A stretch of 64,000 nucleotides of DNA from Bacteroidales bacterium (GTDB lineage: Bacteria; Bacteroidota; Bacteroidia; Bacteroidales; UBA7960). Location: NCBI GenBank assembly GCA_019429365.1, contig JAHYJD010000005.1, forward strand, positions 3,240 through 67,239, written 5' to 3'. The position numbers were made by a program, and so were the translations under genes. The notes beneath the pieces were generated by a model. It saw only the letters and a list, made by a program, of their open reading frames with translations, was not told the origin of the DNA and searched no databases. This document shows positions 7,828 through 16,758 of the stretch, in pieces. The first letter of the stretch is position 1; each line of letters opens with the position of its first letter.

Positions 7828-9378
7828 TTAAAGCTTGATCTCGTCGTCCAGTTTATTGAAAAACCGGTATTCGAGAGAATGATACGAATAGGATGGAATA
7901 ATTTTTACCCACTTCTTGTATTTAAAGAACCATTTCACTTGTTGTGAAAAGATGCCTTTGGTGAGGAATGCGCCAATGTATGGGTGCACCCTCATGCTGA
8001 GGTACTTTTCGTTTTGCTCCTGGATGAGGTAGCGCAGGTTGTTTTCAATTTCGTCGATCAGGATAATGCTGGGTTTAATTTTGCCGGTTCCTTCGCAGGC
8101 GGGGCATTTTTCCAGAATTTCCACATTGGTCTCCGAACGTACTCTTTGCCGTGTGATCTGAACCAGACCAAATTTGCTGGGCGGTAGGATGTTGTGTTTT
8201 GCCCGGTCCTTGCTCATTTCTTCTTTCATCTTCTCATAGAGCTTGCGGCGGTTTGCCGGTTGCACCATGTCGATAAAGTCGACCACAATGATACCACCCA
8301 TGTCGCGCAGCCTTAGCTGGCGGGCGATTTCGGCGGCGGCCTCCAGGTTCACATCCAGGGCATTCTCTTCCTGGCTGTTTTCGCTGTTCATGCGGTGGCC
8401 GCTGTTCACATCAATTACGTGCAGGGCTTCGGTGTGCTCAATAATCAGGTATGAGCCGCTTTTAATGCTTACTATCTTCCCGAACGAGCCTTTGATTTGT
8501 TTTTCGATACCGAAATATTCGAAAATAGGGGCTTTACCCTTATACAATTTAAGGATATCAATCTTTTCGGGAGCAATGGTTTTAATGTAATCCCTGAGCT
8601 CCTCAAACATCAGCGGATCGTTCACATGAATGTTGTTGAACGATTCATTGAGCAGGTCGCGCAGCATGGCCGAGGAGCGGTTGAGCTCGCCCAGGATAAT
8701 GCGCGGGGGCTTGGCTGCCGACAGCTTCTCCGCAATGCTGTACCACCTCGAAACCAGGTTGTTGAGGTCAGCATCCAGGTCGGCCACCATTTTGCCTTCA
8801 GAATTGGTCCTGATAATTACACCGAAATTTTTGGGTTTGATGCTCTGCACCAGCCTTTTCAGGCGATTCTTTTCTTCGTTGCTTTGTATTTTCTGCGACA
8901 CGGAGATGCGGTCGGAGAAAGGTACCAGCACGAGGTAGCGGCCGGCAAGCGAAATTTCGCTGGTAATGCGCGGCCCTTTGGTCGAAATGGGTTCTTTTGC
9001 AATCTGAACAAGCACCGGCTGGTTGGCCGTTAGCACGCTGGTGATCTTCCCTGTTTTCTCGATCTCTTTTTCGAGAATGAAACTTTCCATGGGAAGCACC
9101 CGGGTCTTTCCGGCAATGGCAAGCTTGGTGTATTTGTTCAGCGAGTTGACCTGGCTGCCCAGGTCGAGGTAATGTAAAAAGGCATCCTTTTCGTATCCCA
9201 CGTCTACAAAGGCGGCATTGAGCCCCGAAATGATCTTCTTGACCTTTCCAAGGTAAATGTCGCCAACCGAAAAGCTGTTATTCTTGCGCTCTTTGTGCAA
9301 CTCAACCAGGAGCTTTTCCTCCTGCAGAGCCATAACAACTTCCGAAGCGTTGGAGTCAATAATTAAGTCTTTGTTCAC
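7828..9378 (-). CDS. rng: Ribonuclease E/G-family endoribonuclease (GTG start)
   Basis: 516-aa ORF. It has an S1-like N-terminus (VGDIYLGKVKKI..GLNAAFVDVG), catalytic-core blocks (IDVNSG, GGIIVVDFIDM) and a C-terminal CPACEGTG zinc-link motif. Confidence 0.85.
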   Translation of the reverse strand: MNKDLIIDSNASEVVMALQEEKLLVELHKERKNNSFSVGDIYLGKVKKIISGLNAAFVDVGYEKDAFLHYLDLGSQVNSLNKYTKLAIAGKTRVLPMESFILEKEIEKTGKITSVLTANQPVLVQIAKEPISTKGPRITSEISLAGRYLVLVPFSDRISVSQKIQSNEEKNRLKRLVQSIKPKNFGVIIRTNSEGKMVADLDADLNNLVSRWYSIAEKLSAAKPPRIILGELNRSSAMLRDLLNESFNNIHVNDPLMFEELRDYIKTIAPEKIDILKLYKGKAPIFEYFGIEKQIKGSFGKIVSIKSGSYLIIEHTEALHVIDVNSGHRMNSENSQEENALDVNLEAAAEIARQLRLRDMGGIIVVDFIDMVQPANRRKLYEKMKEEMSKDRAKHNILPPSKFGLVQITRQRVRSETNVEILEKCPACEGTGKIKPSIILIDEIENNLRYLIQEQNEKYLSMRVHPYIGAFLTKGIFSQQVKWFFKYKKWVKIIPSYSYHSLEYRFFNKLDDEIKL

Positions 9379-9463
9379 TTTAGGGATACTTTATGAATGT
9401 TTTTTCATTCAATGGAAATTCAATGAATGAGGAAGGAAGCAGCACCGGAAAATCCGGTTCTTT

Positions 9464-9510
9464 TAAATAAAATTACATAATACCGCGCAGGTATTATGTA
9501 ATTTTATTTA
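9464..9510 (-). terminator. 21-bp perfect AT-rich inverted repeat with 5-nt loop, between the bS22-like gene and rng
   Basis: tAAATAAAATTACATAATACC-gcgca-GGTATTATGTAATTTTATTTa. It may be a terminator for the upstream small gene and/or a structured element of the rng leader. Confidence 0.45.
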
Positions 9511-9548
9511 CAGGTAAAAAAGATCAGCAACTCTTGTCCAAAAGCGTA

Positions 9549-9638
9549 TTACTTCTTCTTGTGCCTGTTTTTTCTCAGGCGCTTCTTACGCTTATGGGTT
9601 GCCATCTTATGTCTTTTTCTCTTTTTTCCGCTTGGCAT
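9549..9638 (-). CDS. 29-aa hyper-basic protein, bS22 / mS38 (AURKAIP1-Cox24)-like small ribosomal protein
   Basis: ATG at 9638 and TAA at 9551..9549, encoding MPSGKKRKRHKMATHKRKKRLRKNRHKKK (20 of 29 residues are K/R/H). AGGAG lies 7 nt upstream of the ATG. The ORF is below the ORF-track length cut-off. Confidence 0.7.
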   Translation of the reverse strand: MPSGKKRKRHKMATHKRKKRLRKNRHKKK

Positions 9639-9701
9639 AATGGGTCTCCTTGTTTATAAATTCTCCTGACCGAAAATCCGGCAGGGTTAAAATCATAATT
9701 G

Positions 9702-9995
9702 TTATTTTACAACAACTACCGATTCTTTAACTTCGTTTACGAACTCTTTGGCAGGTTTGAAAGACGGAATGCTGTGGGCGGGAATAATAATGGTAGTATT
9801 CCTCGAAATATTACGGCCGGTCTTTTCTGCTCTTTCTTTAATGATAAAGCTACCAAATCCTCTTAAATAAACGTTTTCTCCTTTTACCAGCGAATTTTTC
9901 ACGGTGGCCATGAAAGCCTCGATGGTTGCTTGTACCGCAACTTTTTCAATTCCTGTTTTATTGGCAATTTCGGTAACAATTTCAGCTTTTGTCAT
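9702..9995 (-). CDS. hup: HU-family DNA-binding protein
   Basis: 97-aa ORF: MTKAEIV.EIA..TG....V....E.F....K.SL..GE.VYLRGFGSF..K.RA.K.GRNI. Confidence 0.9.
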   Translation of the reverse strand: MTKAEIVTEIANKTGIEKVAVQATIEAFMATVKNSLVKGENVYLRGFGSFIIKERAEKTGRNISRNTTIIIPAHSIPSFKPAKEFVNEVKESVVVVK

Positions 9996-10050
9996 TGCTA
10001 TTACTTTTTGGTTATTAGAATTTTACGAAGTTTTTGCTTTAATCGGGTTG

Positions 10051-10058
10051 CAAAGATA
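10051..10058 (-). promoter_or_regulatory. Candidate Bacteroidota -7 promoter box (TAtcTTTG) for hup
   Basis: The minus strand reads TATCTTTGCAACC. A TTTG lies about 23 nt upstream, and the box is about 55 nt upstream of the hup ATG. Confidence 0.45.
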
Positions 10059-10152
10059 AGTTTTTTATCATTATCAGAAAACAAATTATTTATTTTTACC
10101 ATCATCAAATAAGTGATTTTTAACATTTAACAAAAAGGCTTGCCTTCATTTC

Positions 10153-11220
10153 ATGCATTTTTCCTCCCGTCTTCTGCAATGGTATGCCCAAAATGGGCGC
10201 ACACTTCCCTGGCGGCAAACAAGGGATCCTTATATTGTATGGGTCACCGAGATATTGCTGCAGCAAACCCGTGTTGATCAGGGCATGGAATATTTTTACC
10301 GGTTTACGGAAGCCTTTCCGAATGTAGCTTCCCTGGCAGCCGCACCCCTCGATGAAGTGCTCAGGCTCTGGCAGGGGCTGGGCTATTACTCCCGTGCCCG
10401 CAATTTGCACCAGGCGGCGCGCGACATCATGGAGCAGCGAAACGGGAAACTCCCCGAAAGCTATAAGGAATGGCTTAAGGTGAAGGGAGTGGGCCCATAC
10501 ACCGCAGCTGCCATCAGCTCTATTGCATTCAACGAACCGGTGGCCGCCCTCGACGGAAATGTTTACAGGGTGCTTGCCAGGCTTTTTGCCATTGATGAGC
10601 GGATTGATACTGGCCGCGGGAAAAAGGTATTTGATGAAGTGGCTTCTGAGTTGATAGACCAAAATGATCCGGGGGGCTTTAACCAGGCCATGATGGACTT
10701 TGGCGCCACCGTGTGCAAACCAGCTGCACCCCTTTGTCGCGAATGTATCTTTAACCGTGAATGCCTGGCTTTCCTGAACCAGCAGGTTGAAAAGCTTCCT
10801 GTAAAAAAACCACGCAAAGCTTCACGTATTAGGCATTTTAACTACTTCTATATTTTCTTTGAAAACCAGGATGGTCGCCGCCTGTTTTTTGTAAATCAGC
10901 GCAAAGATGATGATATCTGGAAAAACCTGTATGAACTTCCCCTGATAGAAACCAGCGGGGAAATAAAGCCTGAGGCTGTTGGCAACCTGCCTGAATGGAA
11001 AGAATGGTTTGCCGGCAGCCCTGATTTCGTTATGCAGGGCTCACCTTTTTTCTTTCGCCACCTGCTTACCCACCAGAGTATTCATGCCCGTTTCTTTCAG
11101 ATTAAGATTAAGCCCGAAAATGCGGTTAACTTTACCCTGTTTTTTCAAATGGTCGATCACAAAAGGTTTGAAAAAATGCCAAAATCGAAACTGACCCTTT
11201 CCTTTCTGTATAAGATATAA
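10153..11220 (+). CDS. mutY: A/G-specific adenine DNA glycosylase
   Basis: 355-aa ORF with LL.WY...GR.LPWR...DPY.VW..EI.LQQT, an HhH-GPD region, a 4Fe-4S Cys cluster (C..AAPLCRECIF...C) and a NUDIX-like C-terminal domain. Confidence 0.9.
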   Translation: MHFSSRLLQWYAQNGRTLPWRQTRDPYIVWVTEILLQQTRVDQGMEYFYRFTEAFPNVASLAAAPLDEVLRLWQGLGYYSRARNLHQAARDIMEQRNGKLPESYKEWLKVKGVGPYTAAAISSIAFNEPVAALDGNVYRVLARLFAIDERIDTGRGKKVFDEVASELIDQNDPGGFNQAMMDFGATVCKPAAPLCRECIFNRECLAFLNQQVEKLPVKKPRKASRIRHFNYFYIFFENQDGRRLFFVNQRKDDDIWKNLYELPLIETSGEIKPEAVGNLPEWKEWFAGSPDFVMQGSPFFFRHLLTHQSIHARFFQIKIKPENAVNFTLFFQMVDHKRFEKMPKSKLTLSFLYKI

Positions 11221-11378
11221 AAATATTAATATATGCAAAGATCAAAAAGGTTTAAATTTGTCCTTTTTTTCAACAATCTGGTGTAAAATGTTTGGAAATT
11301 TCGAAAATATTTTTTAATTTGCAGATCACCAAATGCTGAGAATCTAACCAACGAATTATTAACCAAAAAAGAGAAATT

Positions 11379-11798
11379 ATGGCAGGCTTGAACAAAGTCC
11401 TATTAATGGGAAACTTGGGGAAGGACCCTGAAGTGCGCACCTTTGAGGGAGGGAACAAAGTAACTACCTTGGCACTTGCCACCAATCGTTTTTATAAGAA
11501 CAAGGATGGTGATCCAGTTGAAGAAACCGAATGGCACAATGTTGTTCTTTGGGGCAAGCAGGCTGAACTAGCCGAAAAGTACCTTTTAAAGGGTAGTAAA
11601 ATCTTTATTGAAGGCCGGATAAGGACCAGACAGTACGACGATAAGGAAGGCGTGAAACGTTACATTACAGAAATAATTGGCGAAAACATGACCTTTGTGG
11701 GCTCACGTCCTGACGGTCAGGACGCTGGCGCAAAAACTAGTTCGGAGCCACCAACCACCGGCGATGTGCCCACAGTGGAGGACGACCTGCCCTTTTAG
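11379..11798 (+). CDS. ssb: Single-stranded DNA-binding protein
   Basis: 139-aa ORF: MAGLNKVLLMGNLGKDPEVR..., an OB fold, and an acidic tail ending DDLPF. Confidence 0.95.
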   Translation: MAGLNKVLLMGNLGKDPEVRTFEGGNKVTTLALATNRFYKNKDGDPVEETEWHNVVLWGKQAELAEKYLLKGSKIFIEGRIRTRQYDDKEGVKRYITEIIGENMTFVGSRPDGQDAGAKTSSEPPTTGDVPTVEDDLPF

Positions 11799-11827
11799 TC
11801 AAAACCAGTAAATGGATTGGAACAAGT

Positions 11828-11859
11828 GAGCCCGGGTTTTCCGGGCTCTTCTTTTATTT
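11828..11859 (+). terminator. Intrinsic terminator after ssb
   Basis: Perfect 8-bp stem GAGCCCGG-gtttt-CCGGGCTC with a T-rich tail. The tail overlaps the lpxK stop codon. Confidence 0.65.
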
Positions 11860-12924
11860 GGTGTCGCCAAATAGCTTGTAAGCTGCCAGGAAACCATCAA
11901 CCAACTTTTCGAACTCTTCCTGGTCTCCGTTCTGAAAGACCACCTTTATTGGAATGTAAAACACCGGAAGACCTTTGAGCTTGTCCTGCAATTCTTTTTG
12001 CTGCAGCCGCATGGCATCCTTTTCGGTAACGACAATGGCTTTTGACCCACCGTAAGTGTCCTTGTATTCCTGCCTTAATTTATCAAGATCACTTGCTGAG
12101 AACTGGTAGTGATCCGGAAATTTTCTCATGATCAACTCCTGGCAGTTCCTTTTCAAATGCTCCTCAATGGCTGCAGTGTTGGCAATGCCAGAATATAAAA
12201 ATATGGTCTTATAACCTTTTGGCTCTTTTTGGCAGCCCGGCAAAAGTGGTATCCACGAGCCGTATTCCACCGTGGAAAAAAATACCTTTTCAAGTTTGTA
12301 TTTATCCAGTTTTTTATGAAAATAATTGCGGTCGAGGGGTGAAAAAACCGGTGGTGTTTTGCTAACGATAAGGGCGTGCGCCCTTTTTGCTCCTCTTTTT
12401 GACTCTCGCAAATTACCGCATGGCAGAATAAAATTTTTGAAAAAGGGCTTATAGTATTCTGTCAGCAGCAGGTTGAGTCCCGGCTTCACAAAACGGTGCT
12501 GATAGGCATCGTCCAGAATGATCAGGTTCACCTCAGGATGCAATTTCATAATTTTCTTGATACCCTTGCCGCGTCGCTCGTGCACAGCTACAATAATGTC
12601 AGGAAACTTTCTGCAAATCTGCAGGGGCTCATCGCCCACCTCCGAAGCCCTGTTATTTGGGCCGGCAATCCGAAATCCCTTCGTCTTCCTTTTGTAACCG
12701 CGGCTCAGAACAGCAATATTGTACTTTTCCCTGAGATAACTCACAAGGTATTCAACGTGAGGTGTTTTCCCAGTGCCACCTGTACTGAGGTTGCCCAAAC
12801 TGATGACAGGTATGCTGAAGCTCTTTGATGGCAGCAGCCTCCAGTCAAAAAGCTTATTGCGGATCCAGGTAATGAATCCGTAAATCAAGCAAAGGGGCAA
12901 AAGCAATAAGCGGAAAGGTGACAT
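11854..12924 (-). CDS. lpxK: Tetraacyldisaccharide 4'-kinase
   Basis: 356-aa ORF with the P-loop GNLSTGGTGKTP followed by SRGYKR, in the typical LpxK layout. Confidence 0.85.
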   Translation of the reverse strand: MSPFRLLLLPLCLIYGFITWIRNKLFDWRLLPSKSFSIPVISLGNLSTGGTGKTPHVEYLVSYLREKYNIAVLSRGYKRKTKGFRIAGPNNRASEVGDEPLQICRKFPDIIVAVHERRGKGIKKIMKLHPEVNLIILDDAYQHRFVKPGLNLLLTEYYKPFFKNFILPCGNLRESKRGAKRAHALIVSKTPPVFSPLDRNYFHKKLDKYKLEKVFFSTVEYGSWIPLLPGCQKEPKGYKTIFLYSGIANTAAIEEHLKRNCQELIMRKFPDHYQFSASDLDKLRQEYKDTYGGSKAIVVTEKDAMRLQQKELQDKLKGLPVFYIPIKVVFQNGDQEEFEKLVDGFLAAYKLFGDTK

Positions 12925-13157
12925 GCCTCAGAAAATGAAAATGCTGGTTTTGTTTAATTCATAACCGCCTTGTTATTAATTATATACGCAGCATTTCCAT
13001 TCAGGTTACAATTTATTTTTGTAGAAGTATTTGGGTTGTTTGGAAAAGAAATTTTACAACAAGGCCACTATTCATGGTTCTGGCATTCTGTGTTGGATAT
13101 GCCTGAGCGCTTTTCCGCCAACATTTTTTACCTTTGGGTAAATTTTATCCAAAAGCC

Positions 13158-14252
13158 ATGATTCTAAAGGAGCTTCTCGAATGTTTTGAGCAGGTGGCCC
13201 CTGGTACCTTGCAAGAGTCGTATGATAACAGCGGGTTGCAGCTTGGCTCGCCCACAAAGGAAGTTAACAAAGGCCTTATTTGCCTCGACGTGACACCTTC
13301 GGTGGTGGGTGAGGCCATTTCAAAAGGCTGCGACCTTATCATTTCGCACCATCCGCTAATTTTCAAGGGTCTGAAAAAAATTACCGGTGCTCACTTTACC
13401 GAAAAGGTTATCATCGAAGCCATTAAGCACGATATTGCCATAGTGTCGGTGCATACCAACCTCGACAATGTTGAGTTGGGTGTTAACCATCGCCTGGGCC
13501 AGGCAATGGGCCTGAAAAATCTCAAAATATTGCAACCGCAGAAAGGGCAGCTTAGAAAGCTTGTCACTTTTTGTCCTGTTTCGCATGCCGAAAAGGTAAG
13601 AGCCGCTATTTTTGAAGCGGGTGCAGGCCATATTGGCGATTACGACTGCTGCAGCTTTAACCTGGAGGGCAGTGGTACCTTCCGTGCAGGAAAGGAAGCC
13701 AACCCATTTGTAGGGCAAATAAATGAGTTGCATATTGAACCGGAAGTGAGAATTGAAACTGTTTTGCCGGTTTTTCTGGAACGAAAAGTTTTGAATGCCA
13801 TGATAAAGAGCCACCCCTACGAGGAGGTGGCCTACGATATTTATCCCCTGGAAAATGTTTTTGAGAAAACCGGCTCAGGAATGGTTGGCGAACTGGAAAT
13901 ACCGCTCTCAGAAAATGATTTTCTTGAAATGCTCAAGAAAAAACTTAAAATACCCTGCTTGCGGCATACCGCCTTTACCGGGCAAGCCATAAAGAAAGTG
14001 GCCTTTTGTGGTGGCTCCGGTGGCTTTTTGCTGAGCGATGCCCTGAAAGCAGGTGCCCAGGCATTCGTTACCGGCGACCTGAAATACCATCAGTTTTTCG
14101 AAGCAGAGGGAAACATTTTGATTGCCGATGCGGGGCACTATGAAACAGAGCAATTTACCAAAGAATTATTGTATGACATTGTTAATAAAAATTTTAGTAA
14201 ATTTGCACTCCTTATTTCAGGGGTTAACACCAACCCTGTAAATTATTTTTAA
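13158..14252 (+). CDS. Nif3-family dinuclear metal-centre protein (GTP cyclohydrolase 1 type 2 homolog)
   Basis: Motifs LQESYDNSGLQLG, ISHHPLIF and VHTNLD, a PII-like insert, and a C-terminal GHYETE. I chose the ATG at 13158 (MILKELLE) over the upstream 13134. Confidence 0.85.
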   Translation: MILKELLECFEQVAPGTLQESYDNSGLQLGSPTKEVNKGLICLDVTPSVVGEAISKGCDLIISHHPLIFKGLKKITGAHFTEKVIIEAIKHDIAIVSVHTNLDNVELGVNHRLGQAMGLKNLKILQPQKGQLRKLVTFCPVSHAEKVRAAIFEAGAGHIGDYDCCSFNLEGSGTFRAGKEANPFVGQINELHIEPEVRIETVLPVFLERKVLNAMIKSHPYEEVAYDIYPLENVFEKTGSGMVGELEIPLSENDFLEMLKKKLKIPCLRHTAFTGQAIKKVAFCGGSGGFLLSDALKAGAQAFVTGDLKYHQFFEAEGNILIADAGHYETEQFTKELLYDIVNKNFSKFALLISGVNTNPVNYF

Positions 14253-14287
14253 CGCATACTTTTTAACAAAACAGACCCCCATTATCC

Positions 14288-15142
14288 ATGGCTAAAAGTT
14301 CAAAAACCGAAGAGGAAGTTCCCAGGCAAATTAACCCCAGTACCGGCACCGAAGGTTCTCCCGTGGCTGTTCCCGAGTCGGCAAGTGAAGAAAGTGTTGA
14401 GCTTACGGTAAAGAAAAAACTTACCGCACTATTTACTCTGCAAGCCATCGACATTCAAATCGATAAAATTCGCCTTATTCGTGGGGAGTTACCCCTCGAA
14501 GTGCAGGACCTTGAAGACGAGATCGAAGGTCTGGAAACCCGTATTGAAAAGTTTCGTCAGGACCTTAAAGAACTTGAAGCCGAAATTGCAGCCAAGAAAG
14601 TTTCTATAAGCGAGAGCCAGGACCTTATCAAAAAATACGAAGGGCAGCAAATGAATGTCCGCAATAACCGCGAGTACGATTCCCTTTCGAAAGAAATTGA
14701 ATTTCAGACCCTCGAAGCCCAGCTCTTCGAAAAGAAGATTCGCGAGTATTTAGCTGCCGTGGAATTGAAAGAAGAGACCGTGAAGCAGGTTGAAGCCGAA
14801 CTCGAAGAGCGTCGCGGCGACCTGGAGGCCAAGAAAAATGAGCTGGACGACATCATTGCCGAAACCCGCAAAGAGGAAGAACTGCTTACTGAAAGTTCTG
14901 ACAAACAAAAAGTGGCCATCGAAGGACGCTTGCTTACCGCTTACCAGCGCATCCGCGAGAATGCCCGTAACGGCCTGGCAGTAGTGCCGGTTGAGCGCGA
15001 TGCTTGTGGTGGCTGTTTCAACAAAATTCCGCCCCAGCGCCAGCTCGATATCCGCCTGCACAAGAAAATTATTGTGTGCGAATATTGCGGCCGAATCCTG
15101 GTTGACAGTGACATTGTGAGTTCTGTGGAACCACTTTCGTAA
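14288..15142 (+). CDS. Coiled-coil protein with C-terminal C4 zinc ribbon (COG1579-type, usual Nif3 partner)
   Basis: A long heptad-rich region followed by CGGC...(20 aa)...CEYCGRIL. It lies immediately downstream of the Nif3 gene. Confidence 0.75.
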   Translation: MAKSSKTEEEVPRQINPSTGTEGSPVAVPESASEESVELTVKKKLTALFTLQAIDIQIDKIRLIRGELPLEVQDLEDEIEGLETRIEKFRQDLKELEAEIAAKKVSISESQDLIKKYEGQQMNVRNNREYDSLSKEIEFQTLEAQLFEKKIREYLAAVELKEETVKQVEAELEERRGDLEAKKNELDDIIAETRKEEELLTESSDKQKVAIEGRLLTAYQRIRENARNGLAVVPVERDACGGCFNKIPPQRQLDIRLHKKIIVCEYCGRILVDSDIVSSVEPLS

Positions 15143-15154
15143 ACAACATTTTCC

Positions 15155-15189
15155 AAAAAAAACGGGGCCAAAAGCCCCGTTTTTTTTTC
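15155..15189. terminator. Bidirectional terminator between convergent genes
   Basis: AAAAAAAA-ACGGGGC-caaaa-GCCCCGT-TTTTTTTTT. Confidence 0.75.
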
Positions 15190-15205
15190 TTTTCCAGTCT
15201 GGGTA

Positions 15206-16648
15206 TTAAAACCTGAAACCCAGGGTGAGCATAAATCTGCTCATCGAATAATTGTTTTCCACTGGCCTTACAAACTCCGCGCTGTAGAGGTAGTAATCTT
15301 CACTGAGTAAGGACAGAGAGTAACCAAAATCGATAAAGTAATGGCGCTCGCGCAGGCCAAGCCCGGCTGAGATCACCGACTGCTGTCCGTCGTTTACACC
15401 CGTTCTGTATGGGCTTGAGTAAAAGGCATAACCTCCCCTGATTACCAAAGGCTCCAGCCTTACTTCCCCACCCAATCTGAAGTTGTGCTGAGCCGTAAAG
15501 TTGTTGCGAATGACGCTGTTCTCAGTCGAGAACATATAATCGTCGCTGCGCAGACGCATGCGCGTATAGTCAACATATTCGTAGTCGAGGCTAATCAGTC
15601 CGGTGGTGCCAAATACCAAACCCAGGCTGCCTATGGCTTTCATGGGGGTATTCAGCTCATATTTGAACCAGCCGTCGGGAGAAGAAGAGTAGTTTTCGTA
15701 ACTTTCCAGGTTGAGCGATGAGCGCATGGTGGCATAATATTCATCTTCGAGTTTATAGAAAGTTGGCGTATGGAGGGCCGCCCCAATGCGAACCATATCG
15801 GTAAGCCGGTATATGGCCCCAACCTTTAAATTAACACCGGTACCCGAAGTATTGAATTTATTGGTGTAGGTGAGCGAGTTAAAAACACTGCTCTCGTTGT
15901 CGCGGTCACTTTCTACAAAAATGGAAGATTCCTCATAACGAACCGAAGGCAAACCCACGGTAGCACCCAGGAAAAGACGGTCGTTGTAATTGGCAGCCAT
16001 CGAAAGTACAAACTCGCGTATTGAGCCTGAGGTGCTGGTTTCCTGCCTTTGAAGCACATTGCCGTTGGGCATATCAACCAAGAATTCTCCGTTGTCCTGG
16101 TAGAGTAACCAGGTATCCCAGGCAAGGCCAGTCGAAAAATCATCAAGGTTGGAAACGCTACCTTCCCAATTGGCCTGATTGCGAAAATCGGTCATAAGTG
16201 AACTTTCAGGGTTGAAGCCTTCGGCGATCCATCGCTGGTTGAAGTTATTGTGGCGGTTTATGCCAAAGCCAAAATTCACCGACTTCCAGCCGGGCTGATC
16301 GAGCGGATTGGAAATGGGAAGCGCGAACACCACACCCAGGTTGTTGAGGTTAAAATTGTACTTCATGTCATCCATTGTGGTGCCATAATAGCTCGACTCC
16401 ACCAGGCTGTAATCAACGGTAGGGGTGAGGGTAATCTCAGAACTGCGGAATACGCCCAGGCCTGCCGGGTTTATGCTCAGGCTCGAGAAATCGCCGCCCA
16501 GGGCACCAAAGGCTCCACCCATACTGGTAAAGCGAGCCGTTCCTCCGGGTTTCATGAATGAATACCTGAAGGCATCGTTTTCGTTTTGCGAAAACACCTG
16601 TAAACTTAAGAGGAACAGGGTTGCCATGGCTAAAGTGATCCTTTTCAT
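15206..16648 (-). CDS. Outer-membrane beta-barrel protein, FadL/OmpP1-like (tentative family)
   Basis: Signal peptide, ARFTSMGGAFGALGGDFSSLSINPAGLG block, alternating beta-strand pattern, and a C-terminal ...LTLGFRF aromatic terminus. Confidence 0.6.
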   Translation of the reverse strand: MKRITLAMATLFLLSLQVFSQNENDAFRYSFMKPGGTARFTSMGGAFGALGGDFSSLSINPAGLGVFRSSEITLTPTVDYSLVESSYYGTTMDDMKYNFNLNNLGVVFALPISNPLDQPGWKSVNFGFGINRHNNFNQRWIAEGFNPESSLMTDFRNQANWEGSVSNLDDFSTGLAWDTWLLYQDNGEFLVDMPNGNVLQRQETSTSGSIREFVLSMAANYNDRLFLGATVGLPSVRYEESSIFVESDRDNESSVFNSLTYTNKFNTSGTGVNLKVGAIYRLTDMVRIGAALHTPTFYKLEDEYYATMRSSLNLESYENYSSSPDGWFKYELNTPMKAIGSLGLVFGTTGLISLDYEYVDYTRMRLRSDDYMFSTENSVIRNNFTAQHNFRLGGEVRLEPLVIRGGYAFYSSPYRTGVNDGQQSVISAGLGLRERHYFIDFGYSLSLLSEDYYLYSAEFVRPVENNYSMSRFMLTLGFRF

Positions 16649-16678
16649 GGTATGTATTTTTTAGTTATCAACAGGTTT

Positions 16679-16722
16679 AAAAAACCTCCCGGCTTTTGGG
16701 GTTATTCATTAATGCCGGGAGG
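16679..16722 (-). terminator. Terminator after the Tyr-rich lipoprotein gene
   Basis: The minus strand reads CCTCCCGGC-(20-nt loop)-GCCGGGAGG-TTTTTT. Confidence 0.5.
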
Positions 16723-16758
16723 GGATATTATGCAAGGGGAAATCTTTTTCAGTAGGTT

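Noticed and set aside
9431-9443. GGAAGGAAGCAGC, which matches the conserved domain IV core of SRP (4.5S) RNA.
   Set aside because: The flanking sequence cannot form the required helix 8: the 5' side ATGA does not pair with GGA after a GGAA tetraloop, and no long closing stem exists. I take it as a chance match inside the rng upstream region.
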